From a virus: a DNA stretch of 64,000 nucleotides. Location: the IMG/VR virus record IMGVR_UViG_3300047157_000171. One strand, given 5' to 3'. A program made the translations under genes and the position numbers. Position 1 is the first letter of the stretch. Each line of letters begins with the position of its first letter. Below, in pieces: positions 38,497 through 48,833 of this stretch. The notes beneath the pieces were generated by a model. That model saw only the letters and a program-made list of their open reading frames with translations. It did no database searches and had not been told where the DNA came from.

Positions 38497-41400
38497 AATA
38501 CAGAAAGGTAATATCTTTGTTCAGAAAGAGGAGAACAACTTAGTCATTATCGACCCGAATAAAGTACATACGGGTGGTAAGACAGGTGCTCCTGTTGACA
38601 GGTACGTACCTCAAGAAGATTTAGTTTATTTTGTTAACTTAGAAGCTAACCCTGTACCACGTAGTATTTTAGATGTTGGTGGGAACGAAGAAACGGTTAG
38701 GAACGTGGTTGCCTATGGTAAGGTAAATTACTTAGGGCCAAACGGTGGTAAACCAATGGACACTTCATGGACCGAAGATTTTTCGGGTAAAACAAATAGT
38801 AAAACTGCGATATCAGATACTAAGAGAGAATATTATACGGGCAATGTTGATTACGATTTCCAAATGGAGAATCAATATAATACTCAGTTATTGGGTATTA
38901 AAGATATTAAGATTGATACTAAACCCGACAATTTAAAAACCTCAATTATTACGATTAGAATGGTTGACGTTAGGGGACGTGCTTTATTTGATAAAGGACC
39001 TTCTTCGATTTACTCAACATTTTTTCATTTACCATATCCACAGTTTTATTTAACGGTTAAAGGTTATTATGGTGAAGCGATAACATATCAAATGGTATTA
39101 TCGGGACAAGTGAAAACTTCGTTTGAGAGTGATGGTGATTATTATGTCACTGCCTCATTTATGGCGACAAACCAAAAATTATTAAATGATATTCGATTAA
39201 AGGATGCCGAAGTGGCGCCTTATCTTTTTGAATATGTAAAACCAAAGACAGATGCTGACGGGGAGGTTAAAACTTGTAAATCAACCAAAGGGTTCGACAT
39301 ACTAAATCAAGTTTATCTTAATTACGGTAAAGATAATTTAATTAGTGAAAAGTTGGCTAAAAAACCATTAACATTACCACAGTTAAGTAAGTTAGTTAAA
39401 AGGTTAGATACATTCTTAGAGGATGATTTAATGGACGAAGCGGACATTAGTTTTTTCTCTGACATATCGGAGTATGGTAAAGTATTATCACAATTAAACA
39501 CTGCGGTTATTGAGTGGTTTAGTAAATTCTGTAACGTAAATAATCCAATACCTATTGATGACGATAAAGGAGGTCAATACTTTGAATTTAAAAAGGCGTA
39601 TCAGGGTGGGATTCTAAAAACAAAAGTAGGGGATAAGGTAACGGGTTCGTTTAATATCCTTGAAGACAAAAAATATAACCAATCGATATATACGATTATA
39701 GATGGATACCTTAAAAAGTTAAGTGAGATTAAGTATTTTGGTAAACATCAAAAACTTGTGTTAAAAACTGATGAAAAGGGAGGTATGAATGAAATCACAT
39801 ATACCTCAATAAACACGTCTAAATTAAATCATTCGTTATTGATTTATAATTTTAAGAAAAAACAAGTAAGAATTGATTTGTTTATTGATGAGTTAGAAAA
39901 AGTGATTAACACATATACTCGTGAATACGAACAAATTAAAGACCAAGTCGAAGAGGTTTTAAGTAATGTACAAAACAATTACTTAGGGTTTGAACCTACA
40001 CTTAAAAACGTGATGGGTGTTATATTGGCAAACACAGAGACGTTTTTAAAGGTTATGAAATATACTCACGACCTGTCTTATAAGCAAAGGTTTAATGGAG
40101 ACAGAAAAAAGGGTATTGATATGAAAGATAATCCCGATTCTGTTAATGATGTCGTCTATCCGTTTCCTACGATATATGATAAAAACAAAGAGGGTAGGTT
40201 AGAGGAGTATTATCCTGGTGACCCTGCGGTTAAGAGTAAATTAAAGGGTTACGACACTGCGACATGGCCTGAAGTTAAATTGGTTGAAGAGTATCTTTCA
40301 GCAGCAACAACGAATGGGGCTATATCATCAGAATTTTGTGATACCGCAACGACTGACAAAACATCTAAGGTCTCGGATAAAGTGAGATATGGTGTTTTAA
40401 CTAAGGATTTAACCGATAATGAGGGTGCGTTTAACGAGTCATCATTTTCAGGTTTAATATATAGATTATATAATAGAGCAATTTATTCTGTATTAGGTAC
40501 AGGGTTTTCTAAAAAGACTATTGATGTTATTGGTTACGAAGATGCTAATAATGGTAAATACTCTATCAATCGACTACTTAACGGTAAGAACTTATTTAAG
40601 GAAGGGGTAACTAATTTAAACGCATTGTTTGGTGGAGGTTATTTGGGTAAAGATATCCAACTAATAGAAACCGCTAAGAGTTTAATACTTACAAAATCCA
40701 CTGAGAAAGATATAGAAGACCGTAATAGTTTTACGGTAATTGACACAATTGTTGATGAAACCGTTGTTAAGATAAGTCCTTTTGCAAAGGCGGGGGACGT
40801 TTTAATGGAGGAGGTTAAAAAATACGAAACACACGGATTAGAGCCTTATCCATATACTAATGACGAATGGTGTAAAGACAATTTAAAAATTAACAAAACA
40901 AATAAGTTTAACAGAAAGGTTAGTACCACATATACGGAAAGTTTAAGGTATACGGTATCTAACTCGAACAAAGATGTTACAAAAGAAGATTTATTTCTTA
41001 GTTCAGACATAAATCCGTTACAAACACCTAATTTTGTTACAACAGATTCAGATATAACAAAAGCATATTGGTTATTAAATACGATACCAACTAAGTCGAT
41101 GACTGACATTTATGAAGGTGAGGATTCGCTTAAACAAAACTACTTCGCAAGATTTTTAGGTGGGGACATAAAAGAGGTCTCTAATGTACAATTATTAAAG
41201 TGGGGGTCTATGTGGTATAGATATACACATCAACTCGAAACTAATGAAGATATCTTAGATAATGTTTGGGGTGATTTAGACATTAGTGGGTATAGTCAAA
41301 ACCTATATGATATTAAAGGAAACAGTAACGGAGTTACACCTTTTTTAATTACGACATAACAAGTGAGAATATCTCTTTAGGGTTTTACCCTGAATTGATA

Positions 41401-44177
41401 ATTGACAAACTTAACAGGGTTATTAATGATGTTGAATTTGAGGTTGGGGGAATACAAGGGTATATTGATTCGGGTAAACTAGTTATTAAAAAAATAGGAA
41501 ACATTGTAACAACAGATTCTAGTCAAAGTATTGATTTGTATAGGTGTTATTATATAACAGAGGAAGGGATTATTAGATTACCTTCATACTCAGGACCTAT
41601 CACCCCTATTAGTGAAAATAAAATACCTGTGTTGGTTAACCGTTCAGTGTCAGAAGATTGGGACGGTCAGTTTGATAAAGGTGTGTTTGAAGATTTACCG
41701 TTCTCAACAGTAAGTAGACCAAAAACCGATGAGCATGTCATTAACAGTGAGGGTACACATTGTCATTGTCTTATGGTCATATTGAAAGTTTAGTGTCGTT
41801 GTTTAGTTATGAAACGTTAGAAAAGTTTAAAACAATGTTTATGGACTTTGCTAAGAGAAAATCAGACAACAATGTGGGGTCTTATGAGAATTTCTACTAT
41901 GAGTTATTAAAGTCGGATACCGAGTTAGAGGAGTCATTTGTAAAAAACAACATAGAAAACATTTCAAAAAATAAGGGTTTAATTGATGTTATTAAAATAT
42001 CGTTTGATAAAGCAATAGATGTAAAACTTTCGGTATTATCATCATATGTTGATAGTTTTGTAAAAGAACCGATTAAGTTTGCTGAGTTTAAAACAATCGC
42101 AATGGACGACAATTTATTCTTTAAGATAAATGGGTCTGTTAGTAGTGAGTTTGTTAATGGTGTAAGAAAAAGTTTTTTCGAGTTATCGGACATCGCACCT
42201 ACAGAACAAAACTTCAAGGACTTTAAGGGTATTATTAATGTATGGGCGGAATGGAAGTTATCGAACCCAAGTGGTGATATAGATGGGTTTAAGAGTTCTT
42301 TATTACCTACATTGACAGGTTTCATAGGTAAAATAGACGGGTATATTGACAATATATTCAAAAACTTTAGTGAGTTAATAAATGCCGAGGACGGTAACAG
42401 TGCATTGGAAAAAAGTGCTAGTGATATCTCAGGGGTTGAGTTACAGAAAATTACTTACCGTATATTAAAGAATATTAATGATACATGGATTGGTGGGTTC
42501 GATTGGGATAAGGCTAACTTAGCTAAGTTATTTAAATATCTTAATTACCTTAACGAACCAATAGGTGATAAGTTCCTTATGGATGTTAGAGTATTGAATA
42601 AATATTTTAATGAGTCAAATAAGGGAAAACCTATCGCGTCATTTATATCGATGATATTAAAAGATAATGCGTTATCAGAACCAATGTCATTTGCATCAAA
42701 TGTGAATTTCTACGGTAATTTAACTAACGCGGCTGAAAATATTAAAGACGCACAGAAATTAGCCAATGATGTGTTTGGTACACATACAACGGTTAATAAA
42801 AACGGATTACCTGGTTTTGTTGTGTTCTTTAGGTCAAACGAGTCCGAGTACTTAAACATTAAAAAACCAAACTTCAAATACGGTAGTGACGGTTTTGACA
42901 TTGCGGTTAAGAATCCAATATCGGATAAACCCACAGATGTAAAACAATTGAGAGAAGGTAATCGTGGAGTTGCGTTTAATGTTGACTTTGGAATTCAAAA
43001 CCAAAATATGTTTACAGATTTTAGTATTGAATCTTATGATGGGGTTAAATCGGGTGAAGAACTTATTGTTACTGAGAACATTGCCAATATGAGAAAAGGG
43101 ACCACTGCGTCTTCTATTTCTACAAACTTATTGGATGTTATGAAAACGAGAGTTTATCAGTGTTCTATCAAAATGATGGGTAATGCGATGATACAACCGT
43201 TTATGTATTTCAACTTAAGATATATACCGATATATTCAGGAACTTATTTTATTCTATCTGTCGAACATACACTTTCACCAGATTCAGGAATGATTACGAC
43301 GTTTAAGGGTGTAAGAATATCTAAGGCTAGTGTTTCTAACATCGATAAAGGGATGGTAAAAGCACGAAGAAATTTATTAGACAATTTAATAGAAAAATTA
43401 GTAACTAAGAAAAGGGCTACCGAACTTACAAAACCTAATGTTTATGGTGGTGATACTGAAAATCAAGGAAATACGAGTGTTAAACAAACTGCGGACGTTG
43501 GTTGTGTGGTTTCAAACTATTGGACTAATAACGGTAAGAATCCAATACCTAAGTATGATATACCAAACAGTCCTACGAGATTGACTGATTCAGAACTTAA
43601 AGGATTAATAGAGACGGCTGCTAGTCAGTTACCTAATTATAGTGATACTGTTAAGAATGGATTAATGGCAATGACATTTACGGTCTCTAAGAGAGAACAG
43701 GGTAGAGGTAACGGTGTAAGGTTCTTATACGATAACCCATTCGGATTACACTTAGACGGTGGTGGTCAGAGTACCTTTAGAGAGGAAATTAAAGGGTATT
43801 TCTGTCCTTCGACTAGTGATGGATATGCTAGGTCTACGGCAATATTCCATGATGTAAGTAAAGAAGAAAAGGTTGAAGATGGTATTGTAAGCGCATATAA
43901 AGCATTTATGAAGTCAATGAAGAAACGTGGGGAAACTTATTACGGAGCGAATCATTGGGAAAGTGAGAACTCCGCAAACCCTGAATATTTAGCTAGTTTA
44001 TGGGCGTTCTATTGGAATACTAGTTACAAAGCGATTAAAGATGAAGGGGATACGAAAGGTAACTTAATAAGTGAGTATGACAATGGTATGGTATCGTATA
44101 AGAATGGTACTAACAAAGACTATTCAGATGAGTTTGATACCTTTACTAAGTACAACGCTACTTTTAATAAACTATAA
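38486..44177 (+). CDS. baseplate hub protein (gp27/gp44-like), about 1900 aa, with C-terminal lysozyme-like domain; split by missing bases at 41341-41346 (T) and 41751-41753 (G)
   Basis: N-terminal 'LLGIKDIKI...ITIRMVDVRGRALF'; hub C-terminal 'MMGNAMIQP.MYFNL..IP.YSG.Y.I.SVEH.L....M.T.F.G.R'. Adding one base at each run joins the three ORFs in frame. Confidence 0.7.
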
Positions 44178-44225
44178 AACCTGATATTTTAATATTTGGT
44201 TATATTTATATATAAACACATTATT

Positions 44226-44432
44226 ATGGAAAATAATAAATTACAAAACGCATTAAATCAGTTTTTAGGTAGAAACGTTGTTGTTGAAGACAAAGGTGAC
44301 TATCAAGAAGTATGTGATTTACAAACAGGTGACTGTTACACTATCAGAACAAAAGACGGTTTAATCGAGAGACAAACAAGATTAGATAAAAAATTTATAA
44401 CTGAGGACGGTAGAACGTTACTTAGAGGGTAA
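44226..44432 (+). CDS. small hypothetical protein (likely start MENNKLQ)
   Basis: TATTTATA at 44203-44210 lies inside the ORF-track N-terminus, supporting the internal ATG. Confidence 0.7.
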   Translation: MENNKLQNALNQFLGRNVVVEDKGDYQEVCDLQTGDCYTIRTKDGLIERQTRLDKKFITEDGRTLLRG

Positions 44433-44443
44433 TATTATATATT

Positions 44444-45151
44444 ATGAAAAAAACACAAGAAGAGCTTCTTAACGAGGAGTTAAGTAGGTTTATGTCTATC
44501 AACAAATATGTTGGTACTATTAACGAACAAGAGTTAGGTGGTGAAGAGGAGGTGTCTACTGAATTACCAACAGGGTTGGATACAGAGACTCCTGAATTAG
44601 AGGACGAGGTTGAAACAGAAGATGAAGTATCAACTGAAGAACCAGGTGGTGGTTTGGATGATGCGTTATCGACTACTGAGGAATTACCTATGGGTGATGA
44701 AGAGGAGTTAGAAACAACAGAAGATTCAGATACTGAAGAAGTAGATGTTACTGATTTAGTTGACGGACAAAAAGAATTAGAGGAAAAATTTAAATCAACG
44801 GAAGAAAAGATTAGTCAATCGGTTGAAAAAGTTGATGGAGTATTTTCTAAGTTAGATGACTTAGAACAAAAAATGGGTGAATTGGATAAGTTATATAATG
44901 CGATTGACGACTTAGGTGATAAAATCGAACAAGCTAAACCAAAAACCCCTGAACAAAAATTAGAATTACGTTCATTAGATTCATACCCTTACAATCAGAA
45001 ATTAACAGATTTCTTTGATGATAAGGAAGTTGAAATGGATGTGACAGGTAAGGATGATTATGTATTAACATCTGATGACGTTAAAAATATGTCAGAAAAA
45101 GATGTTAAGGATTCATTCGTAGCACCTGATGAGGTTGAGGAAAACGACTAA
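44444..45151 (+). CDS. highly acidic coiled-coil protein (possible head scaffold/core protein)
   Basis: Glu/Asp/Thr-rich; leader 'ELLNEELSRFMSIN'; heptad region 'SKLDDLEQKMGELDKL'. Confidence 0.5.
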   Translation: MKKTQEELLNEELSRFMSINKYVGTINEQELGGEEEVSTELPTGLDTETPELEDEVETEDEVSTEEPGGGLDDALSTTEELPMGDEEELETTEDSDTEEVDVTDLVDGQKELEEKFKSTEEKISQSVEKVDGVFSKLDDLEQKMGELDKLYNAIDDLGDKIEQAKPKTPEQKLELRSLDSYPYNQKLTDFFDDKEVEMDVTGKDDYVLTSDDVKNMSEKDVKDSFVAPDEVEEND

Positions 45152-45172
45152 GAAAAAAACAATCTAAATATT

Positions 45173-45202
45173 AAAAGGGGTACGAAAGTGTCCCTTTTTT
45201 TT
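45173..45202 (+). terminator. intrinsic terminator
   Basis: AAAGGGGTAC-gaaa-GTGTCCCTTT followed by a T-run. Confidence 0.75.
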
Positions 45203-45223
45203 ATTCTTTATATATTTATTAGT

Positions 45224-46108
45224 ATGGATATTAGAGAAACTATTAAAGAGGATTTGGCCGTTTGGTTCGGGACTAAGAAAAAACCGAAAGGAAGTAAACA
45301 ACCAAAAGGACCATGGGTTAATATTTGTAAAAAGAAAAAGGGAGGTGGACACCCACCTTGCGGTCGTTCAGATGATGACGGTGATGGGAAAAAAGATGGT
45401 GCTTATCCTAAATGTAGAGCAGTCCATGTCGCGTCCAAAATGTCAGATGATGCCAAAAAAAAGGCATGTGGACAAAAAAGAAGGGCTGAAAAGAAAACCC
45501 CTAAAACGGGTAAGGGTAATAAACCTACAATGGTATCCAACAAAAACTTAAAAGAAAATATGTCAAAGACAGTTAAGATTACAGAAATAGAACTATATAC
45601 TATAGTTGAAAATGTTATAAAAGAACAAAAAGAAAAATTATCAAAGTTTGATTCGGTATCGGATATCGCTGAATGGTCTAAAATAGTCTCACAATTTTCA
45701 GGTGACGATTTTAGGTTTGTAGAATATAAAAGATTTAGAGCCGCGACTGATAGTGATGGTGAGTATTTAGCTCATTGGGACCATAAATTAGGAATGGGGT
45801 TCTTTGATGAGATGGATTTAATCCCTGAAGATAGTTTAGAAGGATTAGGTATTGTTAAAGACGATAAAGAGTACGAGTTTTTTGGTGATTTAAATGAGAC
45901 CGACTTACTTGAAGGTAAGAAAAAAAGTAAAAGTAAAAAATCTAAAAACGCTTTATGTGCGAGAGGTAAGTCAGCGGCTAAGGCTAAGTTTGACGTTTAC
46001 CCGTCAGCATATGCTAACGGATATGCGGTACAGGTCTGTAAAGGTACTATAAAAGGTTTAGACGGTAAAAAAAGGTGTTCAGGTAAATATTGTAAGGGTA
46101 AAAAGTAA
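45224..46108 (+). CDS. basic Cys-rich modular hypothetical protein (likely start MDIRETIKE)
   Basis: TATTTATT at 45213-45220; two Lys/Cys-rich modules flank an acidic middle module. Confidence 0.7.
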   Translation: MDIRETIKEDLAVWFGTKKKPKGSKQPKGPWVNICKKKKGGGHPPCGRSDDDGDGKKDGAYPKCRAVHVASKMSDDAKKKACGQKRRAEKKTPKTGKGNKPTMVSNKNLKENMSKTVKITEIELYTIVENVIKEQKEKLSKFDSVSDIAEWSKIVSQFSGDDFRFVEYKRFRAATDSDGEYLAHWDHKLGMGFFDEMDLIPEDSLEGLGIVKDDKEYEFFGDLNETDLLEGKKKSKSKKSKNALCARGKSAAKAKFDVYPSAYANGYAVQVCKGTIKGLDGKKRCSGKYCKGKK

Positions 46109-46174
46109 TAAACTATTATTCGTTTATTTTTAATATTGAAAGGGTTATATTTATAGATATAATCCTTTTTTTTT

Positions 46175-46720
46175 ATGTCATTTTATTATAAATTTGGTAC
46201 TGTTGAAACTACAACCCCTTGGAATAGACCTACATTGGAGGTGTTTAATGAGTGGTGGGAAGAATTCAAAACATTTGAAGGTGTTTCTGATTATGATTTC
46301 TATCTGTCAGGTAGTTTTCTGACTTTAAGAGATACTGATAAAACATGGGACGTAGATGTTATAGTAACAGGTCCGATTAAAAATTTTGTAAATTTAAGTG
46401 ATATTTTAAAACACGGTAGGTTATTAGGGTTTCAGAAAAAAATCTTTATAGACCTTTTCTATTACGACTCAATAGAGTTTTGTTACGGTGAAATTAGTGA
46501 GGAAAATATTAAGTACTACCTTAAAGGTTTTTTACTTGGGCAAGAACTTAAGATTGTTGATGGTAAAACTGAGGTCGATAGAAAACTTCATAGTACTTTA
46601 ACTCCGGGTAAGCCATATGGTTCCGATGTGGGATTTGTTTACACAAAACAACCAACAATCAAACAGTTAAACAACAAGGAAAAATATCACCCTACAAACC
46701 GAGCAAAAAAACTAAATTAA
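46175..46720 (+). CDS. Pol-beta-superfamily nucleotidyltransferase-like protein
   Basis: 'YLSGSF...(x9)..WDVDVIV' GS...DxD motif plus a third acidic residue in 'IFIDLF'. Confidence 0.6.
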   Translation: MSFYYKFGTVETTTPWNRPTLEVFNEWWEEFKTFEGVSDYDFYLSGSFLTLRDTDKTWDVDVIVTGPIKNFVNLSDILKHGRLLGFQKKIFIDLFYYDSIEFCYGEISEENIKYYLKGFLLGQELKIVDGKTEVDRKLHSTLTPGKPYGSDVGFVYTKQPTIKQLNNKEKYHPTNRAKKLN

Positions 46721-46744
46721 ACTTCTCTACGTTCAACATATTAG

Positions 46745-46774
46745 TTGACTTATTAATAATAATGTGTATCTTTA
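46745..46774 (+). promoter_or_regulatory. Bacteroidota-type promoter variant for the replication operon
   Basis: TTG (46745-46747), N19, TATCTTTA (46767-46774), upstream of the SSB gene. Confidence 0.55.
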
Positions 46775-46848
46775 CATTGGGTTAGATAACCAAACACGAG
46801 AACGGGTTATAACCGAACAATAATTTATTAATAACAAAAAAAGTAAAC

Positions 46849-47730
46849 ATGTCAAACATTTTAGACGCGGTTCTACAACAGTACGAATCAAACAAAATCG
46901 AGCCAAAATCAAACTCGAACAGAATGTCTCAAGACGAGAGACTTAAAAAGTATTTCACCACTATCTTACAGAAAGGTGAAAGAGAAGGTCAAAAAAGGGT
47001 ACGTATCCTACCTACTGCAGATGGTACGTCACCATTCAAAGAAGTATGGTTCCACGAATGTCAAGTTGGTGGTAGATGGATGAAAATCTATGACCCAGGA
47101 AAGAACGAAGGTAAACGTTCACCATTAAATGAAGTTAACGAAGCACTTATGATGACAGGTTCTGAGCAAGACAAAGTCTTGGCAAGACAGTACAAGTCAC
47201 GTAAATTCTATATCGTTAAAGTAATCGACCAAGACAAACCAGAAGATGGTGTTAAGTTTTGGAGATTTAAACACAACTATAAAGGTGATGGTATCTTAGA
47301 CAAAATTATCCCAATTTGGAAGAATAAAGGTGATGTAACTGACCCATCGGTTGGTAGAGACTTAATCCTTTCACTTTCATTAGTAAAAGCACCAAACGGA
47401 AAAGAATATACTAACGTTGCGTCAATCATGTATGATGACCCAACACCTATTTCTACAGACGCGGCACAACAATCAGAGTGGACCGATAACGTTATGACGT
47501 GGGAAGATGTATATGCTAAGAAACCTGAAGAATATTTAGAAGCAATCGCTCAAGGTCACGAACCAAGATGGAGTTCAGAAGCTGGTAAGTATGTATATGG
47601 AGATGGTGAAAACATTGTAGAAATTTCAGGAGGTACATCTACAACAACCAAGGTTGAAACAACACCAACACAGGTAAAAATAGAAGATACTCAAGCAAAC
47701 GCTAAGGTAGACGAAGACTTACCATTTTAA
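46849..47730 (+). CDS. single-stranded DNA-binding protein (T4 gp32-like)
   Basis: 'VRILP', 'WFH', 'RKFYIVKVIDQD.PEDGVKFW.F', 'D..GRDL.L', acidic C-terminus ending 'DEDLPF'. Confidence 0.85.
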   Translation: MSNILDAVLQQYESNKIEPKSNSNRMSQDERLKKYFTTILQKGEREGQKRVRILPTADGTSPFKEVWFHECQVGGRWMKIYDPGKNEGKRSPLNEVNEALMMTGSEQDKVLARQYKSRKFYIVKVIDQDKPEDGVKFWRFKHNYKGDGILDKIIPIWKNKGDVTDPSVGRDLILSLSLVKAPNGKEYTNVASIMYDDPTPISTDAAQQSEWTDNVMTWEDVYAKKPEEYLEAIAQGHEPRWSSEAGKYVYGDGENIVEISGGTSTTTKVETTPTQVKIEDTQANAKVDEDLPF

Positions 47731-47790
47731 TAAACACTAATCATATGGTACCGACACGGATGTCGGTACCATATTATCACACAAACAAAT

Positions 47791-48789
47791 ATGGCATTAA
47801 AGAAAAAAGACTTTAGTAGTATTAAATCAAAATTCTCAAAACAGGCGAAGTTTAAGTCTGACAGATTTTTTGATTTAGGACCATCCTTTTTAGATGCTAC
47901 AGGGTTACCAGGTCCGGCTATGGGTCACATTAATATGTACTTAGGTCATTCAGATACTGGTAAAACAACTGCCTTAGTAAAGGCGGCGGTAGACGCACAA
48001 AAAAAGGGAATATTACCTGTATTCGTCATCACTGAACAGAAATGGGATTTTCCACACGCAAAATTGATGGGATTAGAAATTGATGAAGTCGTTGATGAAG
48101 AAACGGGTGAAATTGAATATGATGGATTTTTCTTATTCAACAATCACTTTGAGTATATTGAACAAATAACGGATTATATTAATGAATTGTTAGATGCTCA
48201 GGCAAAAGGTGATTTACCATACGACCTATTATTCCTTTGGGATTCTGTGGGTTCTGTGCCATGTAAGATGACTTACGATGGTAAAGGTGGTAAACAACAC
48301 AACGCATCTGTATTATCGGATAAGATTGGTATGGGACTTAATCAAAGAATCTCAGGTTCGAGAAGAGTTGATAGAGAACATACGAACACATTATTGGTTG
48401 TTAATCAACCATGGGTAGAATTACCTGATAATCCATTTGGACAACCAAAGATTAAGGCTAAGGGAGGGGAATCGTTATGGTTAAACTCAACATTAGTATT
48501 CTTATTTGGTAATCAAAAAGGTGCTGGAACAACTAAAATTTCGGCAGTAAAAGACAAAAGAAAGGTAAGATTCGCAACAAGAACTAGAATATCTATTATG
48601 AAAAACCACGTAAATGGAATGGGGTATGAAGATGGTAGAATTTTAGTCACTGCTCACGGTTTCTTATCAGGTAAAGATTCGGCGGAAGAGAAAAAATCTT
48701 TAGAGAAATACAAGGCTGATAACGCTCCTTATTGGAAGACGATGTTAGGTATTGAAGGAGAGTTTGGTCTTTCGGTGGACGGAGAGTAG
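47791..48789 (+). CDS. recA: RecA/UvsX-like recombinase
   Basis: GHSDTGKTT Walker A; 'LFLWDSVGS'; 'VVNQ'; 'KAKGGE'. Confidence 0.85.
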   Translation: MALKKKDFSSIKSKFSKQAKFKSDRFFDLGPSFLDATGLPGPAMGHINMYLGHSDTGKTTALVKAAVDAQKKGILPVFVITEQKWDFPHAKLMGLEIDEVVDEETGEIEYDGFFLFNNHFEYIEQITDYINELLDAQAKGDLPYDLLFLWDSVGSVPCKMTYDGKGGKQHNASVLSDKIGMGLNQRISGSRRVDREHTNTLLVVNQPWVELPDNPFGQPKIKAKGGESLWLNSTLVFLFGNQKGAGTTKISAVKDKRKVRFATRTRISIMKNHVNGMGYEDGRILVTAHGFLSGKDSAEEKKSLEKYKADNAPYWKTMLGIEGEFGLSVDGE

Positions 48790-48833
48790 AGAGAGTAAAA
48801 AGTATATATGGTTTAACCTTTCAAGGTATATAA

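Noticed and set aside
41335-41800. Three separate ORFs in the hub region, or phase variation
   Set aside because: One missing T (41341-41346) and one missing G (41751-41753) join them into one hub protein; the runs are too short to be typical contingency loci. Raw reads would settle it.
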